From Lytechinus pictus (lineage: Eukaryota), in NCBI RefSeq assembly GCF_037042905.1, contig NC_087262.1:20832001-20896000 (forward strand): a DNA stretch of 64,000 bases. The letters run 5' to 3'. A program made the translations under genes and the position numbers. The notes under the pieces are model-generated. The model had not been told where the DNA came from and did not search any database. It worked only from the letters and a program-made list of their open reading frames with translations. This document shows, piece by piece, positions 26,558 through 39,667 of this stretch. Position 1 is the first letter of the stretch, and each line of letters opens with the position of its first letter.

Positions 26558-27111
26558 CCTCGGGGGGTCCACTTCCATTGATGAGTGGATACCATGCGTG
26601 ACCGTTGGGTTTCGAGAAGCACCATAAACAAGAATTTTCCATGTTCTATAAATGCACCCCTTAACAAGTATTGGCGTGTGAAACCCTACCCTTAACAAGT
26701 ATTGGAAACAAAACTGTACCCTTGACAAGTATTCCCTGAATTGACCCCCAAAACAAGTACAACAATATCTTATTTATTGTTATGTCATGGACGTGATCAC
26801 GGACATCGGCTTTACCTTTACTTTCATTGGGTTTAGTACCACCCCACACACCTTGCTCAAATCGGACCCTAAACATGTAGTGTTGGGGCAAAAAATACAT
26901 CCTTTATTATAAAGTATTTAAGTCTTTTTATACCCTCGCAAATTGGACCGTAAACATGTAGTTTTCGTAGCGAAATATACACTCTTTTTTCATTATTTTA
27001 GTGTTTTTGACACCCTTATTATGTTACAAACGTAACGTGCCCTATCTTGAAAAAGAGATCCTTTTAACGTGTTTTGTTTGTCACGCATGGTATCCACTCG
27101 TCAATGGAAGT
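26558..27111. mobile_element. MITE of the 6319-6856 family, opposite orientation, right terminus clipped (duplicate at 32197-32748)
   Basis: GGGGGGTCCACTTCCATTGATGAGTGGATACCATGCG ... CGCATGGTATCCACTCGTCAATGGAAGT; interior is the reverse complement of 6319-6856. Confidence 0.85.
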
Positions 27112-28526
27112 ACTATTCAGATATATTGCATGCAAAAACATTTACACTTATATTATAACTCAAGTTTTAAACTTTTATCATTTAATTTTATTGTTATCAA
27201 CTCTGCCATGATGACAACTTCTGAAGAATAAATAAATCTGATTGATCTTATAAATACTTATATCAGTGTTTTTTCAGATACTGTTTCTATAATCTAACAC
27301 AACAAGAAATTTGTGGTCTGTAATACTGCAGGCAAGTAAAAAGTTAGCTTTGAACAATTGATCTGAAGGCTTATTTGTCATTGAAATTGCAGGCATGACC
27401 CATCATCTGTCCTCCATTGGTTAAATCTTTCTCCCAATCAAATCTATTCAATAGCAAGAATCCCTTTCTAGTGATTTCAAATCACACTAATATGGACAGT
27501 GATTTTTCATTTTAAAAAAAAAAAAAACTTTCTCTTTTTGAAAACATTTAATGAATTTTCACACAAAAAGTAAAGAACCAAAATGGATTTCCCATTTTTA
27601 TTTATTGGTAAATTGAAAATCACTGTCCCTACTTTATCATCAAGTAAAGTCATGTTATTGCACCATTGGAAATAAAAAAACAAATACAAATTTGCATTAT
27701 ACATGGAATATAGGAAGAAATATCTGTTTTTATGCATATTTTTTTTGTTTAAAGAGGACGAAAAAGGGAAAATCGTGTACATTAAACAAACTTATTTAAT
27801 GATAAGGATTTGATTTGAGCAAAATAACTTGGAAGACGTGTTCCTATACACTTCTTTGTAAAGGTGAAATTGATCTGCCAAGTAACGTACAAGAGTGCAC
27901 ACACTCATAAACATTTGTTTATTTTGGATTTGGCAAGTTCTAAATTTTAATAGGAATACTGAAAATCGACCCATGCCAAGTGTTCAATGTTTTTCTTCAT
28001 TTTCAATTTCATTTTTCTTAGAAGTTAGTCAATCAAACAGGTCTCATTACATGTAGGAACACAGAAGTACTTTTTCTCCAAATAAAAGTTATGCCACTTT
28101 GATATTGGTAGAATTTTTCTTATTAATCCATAAATTATTATGATGAATAATATAATTATTGGGGCTAAAATGTTCATTATTAAAATGGAATTCTATTCCT
28201 CTGTTGCCTATTGCTCATACATGTACATGTATGGTGCGACTTTGAAACTTTGAGCCCAAATGATATTTGCAGCGTGATTAAAGCTGAAAGTTTGTGATTT
28301 CTCACAATACCGAGGTACCTTTTAATAGGTAATAAAAATAATGATTACACCCCCCTCCCCCGGTGTAAATAACATGTTTTTGAATTTCTGAATAGCATGG
28401 AATCTTCTGTTTTGATTGGTTGAATATTATGGTCTCAAAGCAAGCCAGTATGAAAGAAAGTGTGTGTCATTGTAAGGTATGCCCTCATCCAATCACAGTG
28501 CATGATTATTAATACAGATAAAAATT

Positions 28527-29583
28527 GGTAAATTGCCAATTTGTCAATTGCCAACTTGTCTACTTTCATTTAGTCTAATGCCATTCCATCCATCAACATT
28601 TCGTCTAGCAACCATTTGGTCCAATTACCATTTGGTCCAATCATCACTTTGCCTAATCACCATTTCATCAATGACCACTTCGCCTTTTAACCAGTTGGTC
28701 TGATATCCATTTCATTTTCATTAATTTCACCCAATGAACACTTAGTCCATTTAGACCAAATAGGATATGGACTAAATGGCTATTGGACCAACTGGCTATT
28801 AGATGAAATGATGAATGAACAAATAAGCATTTAGACCATGTGGATAGTGGACAAACTGATGTTAGACCAAATGATAGTATACAAGTTGGTAATTGGACGA
28901 ATTGGCATTAGACTAATTGATCATAATCCATTTTCTGAGACGGCATTGCGTTGGGGAAAAGAAGCGTGATTTTGACCCAATTAATCTTTGGTTAAAATTC
29001 AAGTAATCCTAAAGCACAGATATTCAGCTTCGCTAATTATAATTTTACATTTGTATTGCACTGTTTTTTATTAAATGTTGGGGGAAGGGCCCTCAAAAAG
29101 TAATGAAAGTAGTAATGAAATAGAGAGCACGAAACAAATAAATATGTTTACAATATATACATGTATGCAGTACATCACTACTTTAAAACAGGAGCTCAAA
29201 GATTTTCATTTAACAAGAAAAACAATTCTTTTTTCATATTCCAAAATCACAAATCATGTGGCACAATTTTTAACTGGTAAATTGCCAATTCGTCTAATGC
29301 CAACTCGTCCACTCACCACATGGTCTACTTTCATTTGGTCTAATGCCGTTCGGTCCATCAACATTTCGTCTAACAATCATTTGGTCCATTAACCATTTGG
29401 TCCAATCATCACTTCGTCTAATCACCTTTTCGTCTGACCATTTCGTCTCATAACCAGTTGGTCTAATATCCATTTCATTTTCATTCATTTTGCACAATTT
29501 AACACTTAGTCCAACTAGACAAATAGGATATGGACTAAATGGCTATTGGACCAACTGGCTATTAGATGAAATGATGAACAAAC
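28527..29583. repeat. Fold-back repeat built from ~18-nt CCATTT(G/C)GTC(C/T)A motifs, inside an older ~0.73-kb tandem duplication
   Basis: Units start GGTAAATTGCCAA at ~28527 and ~29277 (and ~34105, ~34823); the second half of each unit carries the inverted motif TAGACCAA/TGGACGAA. Confidence 0.8.
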
Positions 29584-29780
29584 TATTTGGAACTGGCAAA
29601 CAAGTTCTTGTTGAAGACCGTTTGATAGGAAGCGTCTATGCCATATTCGCCAGTCTCTGTTTCCTCTGTGTGGGGAAATACTTCTTTGATTTCATGGACA
29701 GGCAAGTCGACATTCCTGATGATGCTGACGACATTGACAATGTCACTGAAACTGTTGTAGAAGAACTAAGTAGTGCATGA
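29583..29780 (+). pseudogene. 5'-truncated duplicate of membrane-protein exon 2
   Basis: LFGTGKQVLVEDRL...EELSSA* with three substitutions; lacks the splice acceptor and exon 1. Confidence 0.85.
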
Positions 29781-30050
29781 CATTTGGTTTTCATTGATTC
29801 TAGAAGCAGTACATTTACCTCTTCATTGGACTTCTATTCCAAAATGTATTCAGGATGAAATTACTTATTTCAGATAAAATGGTGCTGGTTTGAAAAAAAA
29901 AATTGTTACCATCTAGAGGTTCATTAGTGACTGCAGAGACCAGGCTTCACCCCCATTGAAAGTGAATGCTTCAGACACTTCAGAGATATTATGTCTTAAA
30001 TCAGATTTTGGAGTTAATCTTTTCTTATGGTAAGCTGAACTTATACTGTA

Positions 30051-30262
30051 GGGGAGATCGAGGTTAGTTGGAACGCGGGGTAAGTTGAAACATTGTAATT
30101 TTCTTTAACGCCTGTAAAATAAATGTATGCAATACTGCCCTCAATTTATTGCTATTAATAATACACTGTTGTATTATTAATAGCATTAATTTATTTTACA
30201 GGCGTTAAAGAAAATTACAATATTTCAACTTACCCCGCGTTCCAACTAACCCCGATCTCCCC
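30051..30262. mobile_element. Palindromic MITE with TA TSD (empty paralogue of 23468-24608)
   Basis: Near-perfect ~100-bp arms, TA at both sides. Confidence 0.9.
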
Positions 30263-33200
30263 TATGCAAGAATATGTAAAGGGTTGAAAAAAGTCTACAA
30301 TTGTGGTTTGTGCTATTAAGTGGTCATGATATATTTAAACAAATCAATCAGAAAATTGTGTGGTTCAATTGCAGTTTTGCTTCTACAGGTAGTTAAGATG
30401 CAAACAGTTTCGTGAATCTATATAACTCATGCAACGATCCAATAAATGGTGAAGGGGCCCATTGGGATTAAACATATATAATAAAAACCAAGCGCAAGTC
30501 CCAAATACATTTTTTTTATTGGTTGAGAATTAAGGCATATTTTATTTCATCTTTTTTTCAGTTTCAATGATTGTAACTTTCTCTGCAATAGGCCCAATAT
30601 GGGTTTAATAGATTTGATATATCCAAACATTTGTTTAATACAGTATTTCTTGCAAGCTTGTCTTTTTCTCCTAACCAGTGGTCTTGAACCCTTTTTAAGA
30701 TGAGATGCAAAAAATATCCTGCTTTGTTGGATGCTTTGCAATCTTTTTAATACCTTAACCTATTGTTAATCCACAATGAGGACACATTATTATAATAATT
30801 GTGTGTTTTATTGATATATCAATACAACTCGCAAGCACCTCAGGAATATTCTTTTTCATTCTAATTCTCAGAAGTATATATGTACATGTATTTGCTTTTA
30901 TGTTTAAAGTGACATGATTATTATAATCTTCACAGAATCACATATATTCTATAACATACTGAATCTGAATTATATAATCTTATTATCTCCTTTCATGAAG
31001 TCAAGTGACTGATTGGTGGTGTTCAAAGAAGCATGTGGACTGAATTCACTTATGGAAAAATAAGTTGTATCTGAAATGAAAACAGTACTTTTTTCTTTAT
31101 ATTGCTATTCATGATTGTGCAGTAAATACCAATATGCTTTTTATTTTACTGGGTATTTTTATTGAAATTGCAAGTAAACTCATTTGATAAATAGAAATAG
31201 TCAAACTGTAATATATGATGTATGCACATTGCACAAAGTATTTATGTTATATGGTTTATTTCAAAAGAGCTTTTGTTTGTGTTGAAATGGAATTTCAATA
31301 GAGTTTTAATAGAAATTTATATAACAGAATGATTTTACTTCTTGAATTTAAGTGTCAGCTTAGGCTGGTGGAATATTTTTTTTTTTTTAATTCTGTCCTG
31401 GTGTTTCATAAAGCTGTTCGTAAGTTAAGAGCGACTTTAAGAACGACTGGTGAACTGGTGAAATAATCACTAATGAACATAATGGTGAACCGTCACTTAC
31501 CACAAGAAAGGATCACCAGTCGTTCTTAAAGTTGCTCTTAACTTACGAACAGCTTTATGAAACGGCCTCCAGACCTACCATGTATATACCTGCTACAAAG
31601 AAGACACTGTGTAGCAGTTACTTTTTTTTAAAGTATAACAAATTGCAAAGCATTGTGAGGGAAATTGTTCCCTGATTATTTTACTAAGAAATAGTTTTAC
31701 AAACTACTTGTACAATTATATGTATATGAAATCCAATATTGATATTCATTTTTAGTGTTAAAAGTGTTACATATTTTGGAATCATTCTACATTTCCATGA
31801 CCTTATGGCTGCCTACAACTGTGGATTATTTACAGCAGCAATCGTACCAAAATTCATAGAATATCTGTAGATGCCATTGGAACATTTTAAAAAGTCCTAG
31901 TATACAGGAGTTTTTGAGTCGTATCTCCAAATGAAACAACAATTTTGCTTGAATAAAATTGAAAAATGTATTTGAGTTGAGCATGGTTTATGTTATACAT
32001 TGCAGTTTTGCATGTGTAAAATGTGGTTATATTGTTAATTAAGCTGTCGTTTTCAAGAATTTGAAGTATCTTTTGAATGTGTATTTAACTAAATGATGTA
32101 CATAGAATTAAAGGTAAAAGAAAGTAGTTGCAGCAAACAATTTTTCATGAGAAAGTCTTTAAAATCAAGGTTAATTGCCACCGTATGATCATAGATCCTC
32201 GGGGGGTCCACTTCCATTGATGAGTGGATACCATGCGTGACCGTTGGGTTTCGAGAAGCACCATAAACAAGAATTTTCCATGTTCTATAAATGCACCCCT
32301 TAACAAGTATTGGCGTGTGAAACCCTACCCTTAACAAGTATTGGAAACAAAACTACCCTTGACAAGTATTCCCTGAATTGACCCCCAAAACAAGTACAAC
32401 AATATCTTATTTTTTGTTATGTCATGGACGTGATCACGGACATCGGCTTTACCTTTACTTTCATTGGGTTTAGTACCACCCCACACACCTCGCTCAAATC
32501 GGACCCTAAACATGTAGTGTTGGGGCAAAAAATACATCCTTTATTATAAAGTATTTAAGTCTTTTTATACCCTTGCTAATTGGACCATAAACATGTAGTT
32601 TTCGTAGTGAAATATACACTCTTTTTTCATTATTTTAGTGTTTTTGACACCCTTATTATGTTACAAACGTAACGTGCCCTATCTTGAAAAAGAGATCCTT
32701 TTAACGTGTTTTGTTTGTCACGCATGGTATCCACTCGTCAATGGAAGTACTATTCAGATATATTGCATGCAAAAACATTTACACTTATATTATAACTCAA
32801 GTTTTAAACTTTTATCATTTAATTTTATTGTTATCAACTCTGCCATGATGACAACTTCTGAAGAATAAATAAATCTGATTGATCTTATAAATACTTATAT
32901 CAGTGTTTTTTTAGATACTGTTTCTATGATCTAACACAACAAGAAATTTGTGGTCTGTAATACTGCAGGCAAGTAAAAAGTTAGCTTTGAACAATTGATC
33001 TGAAGGCTTATTTGTCATTGAAATTGCAGGCATGACCCATCATCTGTCCTCCATTGGTTAAATCTTTCTCCCAATCAAATCTATTCAATAGCAAGAATCC
33101 CTTTCTAGTGATTTCAAATCACACTAATAGGGACAGTGATTTTTCATTAAAAAAAAACTAAACTTTCTCTGTTTGAAAACATTTAATGAATTTTCACACA

Positions 33201-36200
33201 AAAAGTAAAGAACCAAAATGGATTTCCCATTTTTATTTATTGGTAAATTGAAAATCACTGTCCCTACTTTATCATCAAGTAAAGTCACGTTATTGCACCA
33301 TTGGAAATAAAAAAACAAATACAAATTTGCATTATACATGGAATGTAGGAAGAAATATGTTTTTATGCACATTTTTTTTTTGTTTAAAGAGGACGAAAAA
33401 GGGAAAATCGTGTACATTAAACAAACTTATTTAATGATAAGGATTTGATTTGAGCAAAATAACTTGGAAGACGTGTTCCTATACACTTCTTTGTAAAGGT
33501 GAAATTGATCTGCCAAGTAACGTACAAGAGTGCACACACTTTGGTGATAAAATTTGTTTAATTTGGATTTGGCAAGTTCTAAATTTTAATAGGAATACTG
33601 AACATCGACCCATGCCAAGTGTTCAATGTTTTCCTTCATTTTCAATTTCATTTTTCTTAGAAGTTAGTCAATCAAACAGGTCTCATTACATGTAGGAACA
33701 CTGAAGTACTTTTTCTCCAAATAAAAGTTATGCCACTTTGATATTGGTAGAATTTTTCTTATTAATCCATAAATTATTATGATGAATAATATAATTATTG
33801 GGGCTAAAATGTTCATTATTAAAATGGAATTCTATTCCTCTGTTGCCTATTGCTCATACATGTACATGTATGGTGCGAAATACCGAGGTACCTTTTAATA
33901 GGTAATAAAAATAATGATTACACCCCCCCCCCCCCCCATCGGTGTAAATAACATGTTTTGAATTTCTGAATAGCATGGAATCTTCTGTTTTGATTGGTTG
34001 AATATTATGGTCTCAAAGCAAGCCAGTATGAAAGAAAGTGTGTGTCATTGTAAGGTCTGCCCTCATCCAATCACAGTGCATGATTATTAATACTGATAAA
34101 AATTGGTAAATTGCCAACTTGTCTACCTTCATTTAGTCTAATGCCATTCCGTCCATCAACATTTCGTCTAGCAACCATTTGGTCCAATCATCACTTTGCC
34201 TAATCACCATTTCATCAATGACCACTTCGCCTTTTAACCAGTTGGTCTGATATCCATTTCATTTTCATTAATTTCACCCAATGAACACTTAGTCCATTTA
34301 GACCAAATAGGATATGGACTAAATGGCTATTGGACCAACTGGCTATTAGATGAAATGATAAATGAACAAATAAGCATTTAGACCATGTGGATAGTGGACA
34401 AACTGATGTTAGACCAAATGATAGTATACAAGTTGGTAATTGGACGAATTGGCATTAGACTAATTGATCATAATCCATTTTCTGAGACGGCATTGCGTTG
34501 GGGAAAAGAAGCGTGATTTTGACCCAATTAATCTTTGGTTAAAATTCAAGTAATCCTAAAGTACAGATCTTCAGCTTCGCTAATTATAATTTCACATTTG
34601 TATTGCACTGTTTTTTATTAAATGTTGGGGGCAGGGCCCTCAAAAAGTAATGAAAGTAGTAATGAAATAGAGAGCACAAAACAAATAAATATGTTTACAA
34701 TATATACATGTATGCAGTACATCACTACTTTAAAACAGGAGCTCAAAGATTTTCATTTAACAAGAAAAACAATTATTTTTTCATATTCCAAAATCACAAA
34801 TCATGTGACACAATTTTTAACTGGTAAATTGCCAATTCGTCTAATGCCAACTCGTCCACTCACCACATGGTCTACTTTCATTTGGTCTAATGCCGTTCCG
34901 TCCATCAACATTTCGTCTAACAATCATTTGGTCCATTAACCATTTGGTCCAATCATCACTTCGTGTAATCACCATTTCATCTATGACCATTTCGTCTCAT
35001 AACCAGTTGGTCTAATATCCATTTCATTTTCATTCATTTTGCACAATTTAACACTTAGTCCAACTAGACAAATAGGATATGGACTAAATGGCTATTGGAC
35101 CAACTGACTATTAGATGAAATGATGAACAAACAAGCATTTACACCGTGTGGATAGTGGACAAACTTATACCAGTTGGTAATTGGACGAATTGGCATTAGA
35201 CTAATCGATCATAAACCATGTAATTGTTCAGAGATGGCATTTGACCCAATTAATCTTTGGTTAGAATTTAAGTAATCCTAAAGCACAGATCTTCAGCTTC
35301 GCAAATTATAATTTCACATTTGTATTGCACTGTTTTTTAAATTAAATATTGGGGTCAGGGTGCTCAAAAAGTAATGAAAGTACATGTAGTAATGAAATAG
35401 AGCACAAAACAAATAAATATGTTTACAATATGTACATGTATGCAGAATATCACTACTTGAAAACAGGACTTTGAAGCTATTCATTTAACCAGAATTTTTT
35501 TTTCCCTTTTCCAATATCACAAATCATGTGACATAAGTTACATTTAGTTGGTTTCAGGGGACAGTTCCATAAAAGTTGCAATTATGTAAGTGTTGCCATA
35601 GTAACAGTCATGAGAGACCAGTGCTCCCCAGTCAATCAAATCCAAAGAAATTTGTCAGATTTAGGGACTGTTGCCGAAAAAAATGTGTTTAAACGAATCT
35701 CGAATTATCATGAGCAAGTCCATAATACACATATTCCATTGTTTGAAATTTAAGTTGCATTTGATCTTTGGAGTTGCGTTTTATTGTAATCTCTTTCTGC
35801 AACGGGCCCCTGACAACTTATCAGACAACAAATTTTGATGAAATGCCTCCCTGGGCCCCGTTGCATAAAATATTTACTGTTAATGTTTTCTTTGCCATCC
35901 AATGGTGATTACCACGATGACAATGCTTAACAGCCAATCAAAATCAAGGATTCCATAGCAGCTACCGTTAGATGGAAAAGTTGCCATAATGGTAATGTTT
36001 ATGCAATGGGGCCTACATGTAGGTCTGTAACTGAACCTACGTTAAAGTCTATCTTTAGCATTGGTAACTACCCCAAAATCTGGCTATAACTATTACTATT
36101 CATTACTAGATTATATGAATATGTATGCCCTAAAACAGTTAAGATGTGGAGGATATGAGATGAATGTACTGTATGTTTTACAGGGGGAAAAATGTGATTT

Positions 36201-36574
36201 CACATGGAAATGTAGTTTGATCAATATAAAACATCTGTGTGGATTTTTCTATTTGATAGAAAACCTATTCCAAAGCAGGGACAGGACTGAAAATTTCAGG
36301 ATATAATGCTTGTAGCTTTATGATATCCAGTCCCTAAAGTTGCAAGATAAATGTTCAACTTTAGAGCCCTTTTAAAGGAAAACAAAAATACTGCTGATAG
36401 AGGGCACTAGATATGTTTGATGAGAATACTTAAATTTTCACAGAGAATCGCTAGTTGAAAAAAAAATCTAGCCACTACTACAAGTTTGTAAGATTGGAAT
36501 GTAAGATGATACTCAAATATAATTAACATTACTGAGTACTGACCCCTTACCAAAGCTAAGTACAGGCTTCAAAG

Positions 36575-38020
36575 TTAGCAAGCAATCCAACCCTGGTCAC
36601 ACTCACTACAAGTAAATCCACCACAGCACCCACAGGAATGCAAGGGTTCACCATCCGCACCCTTGGCAACAACATGACTTGAAGACATATGAGCATTTGA
36701 TGCCTCAGTTTCTCCAGTACATTTGGCATTAATAGCAGCATATTCAGCACCTGTCCTCTCTTGCACAACTGGTGAGTCTGGTTGCGTCTCAGTGATGCAC
36801 ACTGGTTCTTCTTCTTTTACTTTGACTTTCACTTTGTTCGATTCTCTCTCGCTGGTCCTAGATGGTGTAGAAACATCACTGGGTATGGGAACTGGATTAA
36901 ATGGGTGTATCCCGCATGCCCGGAATCCTAAGGTGGCACTTGCGACCGAAGCAGTTCTCCGCCAAGCTCCTGCGAAAAGTGCGCTAAAGTTGTGCTCTGT
37001 GATGGTTGCTTGTGGATCCTCATGTAATAGTGAATCCCTCACAAATTCCCAGTTGTCCTGCAGTGAATTGAACACACATTGATTCAATGGTTGTAGGTAT
37101 TCCTTGCCACGACTGGGCAAGCAGAACAGGATGATGTCGTGATCGATGCAGTATCGTTGCACCTTAACGCTCTTCACATATGATTTGTGAAGTCCATCGA
37201 TGATAAGTAGCACTTTTCCTTCAACGGCATGCTTGCGAAATAGTTTCAGCCATTTTAGGAATGAGCCTTCGTTGATGGATGATATGTCGGGCAATCCATC
37301 AGAAAACTCCTCCCTCTTCTTTCCATTGAGGATAATGAACGGTGGGATGTACTGACCAGTGGCGCTACAACAAACAACTACTGCAGTCTCCTTGACACTG
37401 TTCTCTGAATTTGTTTCACTAATGCCCGACTTCATCCCTTTTAGCACAAGCGTGGACCCTGAGTGGTTCATCATTGTGAGACTGCACTCGTCAACGTTGT
37501 AAATTTTCTCCGCTGACTGGTGAAAAGACTCCCTGTCCATTATCCCACCAAGGCGATCAAAATATCTTGTAACCTCTTGCAAAGATGGTGCATGAGGCTG
37601 TGACAAGCTATCAGCTTTCCCAAGCACAATGTCAGGATGGCGTATGAGAAAGCCTTCAATCCAGAATTCACTGGCCAATCCAGACTCCCTATCAAAGATA
37701 TGTTCAATGTTTTTGCTTTCTGCAAACTGATAACTAAGTCTACGCACATCGAGTCTGGATAAAATGAAACTGCGTGGTTCCATATCCAGGATAAGGCGTA
37801 CCAACTCAGCTTCATTTTCATCTCCAAACGCAGATTTCCAGCGTTCATGCAATCTAGTTTTCACATCAGCCTCCGAAATTTCACCTACTGTCACTTTCAT
37901 CTTTCCTGTTACTGTAAACTTGTGTACTTTGATTTCTTCTTGCTTCCTTTTATTGACGGCTCCGGACATATCTGTACGAGGTCTGGGAGCATCTGATTTC
38001 ACCAAACGTTCACAAATTAT
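36575..38020 (-). CDS. pogo/Tigger-derived protein (CENP-B-type HTH + DDE_1 fold), probable domesticated terminal exon
   Basis: Uninterrupted 481 codons; HTH-type segment ENEAELVRLILDME...DVRRLSYQFAE...WIEGFLIRHP, IYNVDE, CCSATGQYIPPFII..GK, LLIIDG, LPS...YLQPLN; polypyrimidine-TAG acceptor directly before 38020 (phase 0); no TIRs seen. Confidence 0.88.
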   Translation of the reverse strand: MICERLVKSDAPRPRTDMSGAVNKRKQEEIKVHKFTVTGKMKVTVGEISEADVKTRLHERWKSAFGDENEAELVRLILDMEPRSFILSRLDVRRLSYQFAESKNIEHIFDRESGLASEFWIEGFLIRHPDIVLGKADSLSQPHAPSLQEVTRYFDRLGGIMDRESFHQSAEKIYNVDECSLTMMNHSGSTLVLKGMKSGISETNSENSVKETAVVVCCSATGQYIPPFIILNGKKREEFSDGLPDISSINEGSFLKWLKLFRKHAVEGKVLLIIDGLHKSYVKSVKVQRYCIDHDIILFCLPSRGKEYLQPLNQCVFNSLQDNWEFVRDSLLHEDPQATITEHNFSALFAGAWRRTASVASATLGFRACGIHPFNPVPIPSDVSTPSRTSERESNKVKVKVKEEEPVCITETQPDSPVVQERTGAEYAAINAKCTGETEASNAHMSSSHVVAKGADGEPLHSCGCCGGFTCSECDQGWIAC

Positions 38021-38983
38021 CTATAATAAGAGAAATATAATACATATCTGATTTACAACACGGTCTTTGATAAAATGACCGAAACACATTCTTTACAAAT
38101 TAAAATGTGGTTTCTACACTTATATAAAAGGTAAAGAAATTGTGAATGTGTCATGGAAAGAATCTAGTCCTTTGAAGCTGTTACAGAGTTTGTCAAGTTA
38201 TACATCATTTATATACTGAACATTCTTGTGCTAAATCACGCACACAATATTTCAATGGCATTTTAAAGGGACGGATTAACTTTTATTTGTCAAAAATATG
38301 GTAAAAACATATACAGTACCTCTAAAAGAATGAGGGGTTTCATTACTTTGTTACACAGTACACTACAGGAATGGTTGCCAATACTTGTGCTAAATGAGAT
38401 AATCAAAATTTATTCCTTTTTAACATATATTGGGAGTGCATTCATATTATTTTGAAGGGGAGGGGTAGTAAATAAAAAGTAAACCCCCCCAAAAAAGAAT
38501 TTTTAAAATTTGTAAAGAAAAACCAAACACAATTACAGCAAAACCGTAATGGTTCAGAGCTCTGTATTACCTTTGCTTTAGTACAAGCCTTGCTTTCTAG
38601 TTGATTACTTCTCTTTAGAGGTGCTATGCCAGGAGATAACCTCTTGTTGATTGCAATGCATGCAGGGAACCTAGGGTAACAGAGTTTGAATGAATACTTT
38701 ATTTCATCACATTGGTACATCAAAAATAGAATCGTATCAAGGCTTGGTAGAATGCAAAGATATTAATTTGGGGATCACTCATTTCTTTCTATCACTCTTT
38801 TTTTTTTTATATAAACCATAGGGCTGCCATTTAACAAATGTGTTTGATAACAGAATAGAGCATAAGATATCGCATACATACACACCCAAGGTTTACTGCC
38901 ACTTGATCTACAATACATTTATCTCTTGCCTATTTGGTCTCATTTCACATGGTCTAATCTCCTTTTGTCTATAAACCAATTCA

Positions 38984-39176
38984 GTGACACTACCTTTGCT
39001 CCAGTGACACTTGCTCCAGGGTTTATTTCATCTAAGATAGGGTTAGGGTTGTAATAAGGTCTTATGTTGTGTTTAGGATGAGGTATAGTGTTAAATCCAG
39101 GGCTACAGTAAGTCACTTGATTAGAGCGTGGAATTTATAGCGGAGCAATTGTTGCCAGAGCAAATGCCATGGAACC
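38984..39176. mobile_element. Small dispersed repeat with TTGCTCC/GGAGCAA inverted motifs and TAGGGTTAGGGTT core
   Basis: Repeated CTTGCTCCAG at the left end, GGAGCAA/GAGCAAATG at the right end. Confidence 0.55.
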
Positions 39177-39468
39177 ACAAATTCATTGACATAAAAAATT
39201 GTCTAATTGTCATTTGGCCCATTTTGTCTAATTTCCAGTTAGGCTATGACTAATATCTAATTGGTCAAACACCACTACAACTTAACATCAATAGGCAAAT
39301 ACCAAGATTTTCATATATACATACATTAGCAAGTTGGCTTCTGTATTTCCGAATACACAATTAAAAAAATTCAGTTGACAGAAAAGGAAAAAGTAAGTAG
39401 ACAAAGACAAACTGACAAAGTAACAATTAGCCTTGTCAGCAACATCATACATGATGTCATTTGATAAA

Positions 39469-39667
39469 TTATTCCTGTGAGTCATACTTGTGTGCATGGA
39501 GTGCTGCAGAAGGTGTGTGTCCAGAGTCAACAGGTTTGTTGTCTATCTCAGTGATGTCTCCAGAAACACTGCAGGAGTCTGATGCTTTGACACACATCAC
39601 AGGATGGTTATGTGTAAAAGACAGCCGGATCACTGTTGGTAGCTCTCCGACGTGAACATCCAATGAC
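39469..39667 (-). CDS. MULE-transposase-derived cassette, last exon
   Basis: TTTTAG acceptor, phase 2 matches the previous exon; (R)SLDVHVGELPTVIRLSFTHNHPV...SGHTPSAALHAHKYDSQE*; HNH and GH.P..AL...KYD motifs resemble the N-terminal part of animal MULE/SWIM transposases. Confidence 0.72.

Larger units (their letters stand above)
23023..29583 (+). repeat. Tandem segmental duplication, copy 1 (6.56 kb)
   Basis: Collinear with 29583-35132; carries an extra ~0.9-kb insertion (23576-24474). Confidence 0.93.
29583..35132 (+). repeat. Tandem segmental duplication, copy 2 (5.55 kb)
   Basis: Junction GATGAACAAAC/CTATTTGGAACTGGC shares one C; many ORF-track entries recur (27001 vs 32638; 29075 vs 34622). 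Confidence 0.93.

Noticed and set aside
26451-26558. Apparent inverted duplication of the FUT11 intron end (12851-12962)
   Set aside because: The strong similarity starts at a TTAA|AGG terminus, so it is better explained as a shared dispersed MITE end.
29490-29780. Chimeric 96-aa ORF (repeat-derived N-terminus plus membrane-protein C-terminus) as a new gene
   Set aside because: Starts at a TTG inside a repeat, with no promoter or splice evidence; it is a chance in-frame duplication junction.
36723-38051. Plus-strand ORFs overlapping the pogo-derived exon
   Set aside because: Antisense shadows of a real coding sequence, with no motifs of their own.
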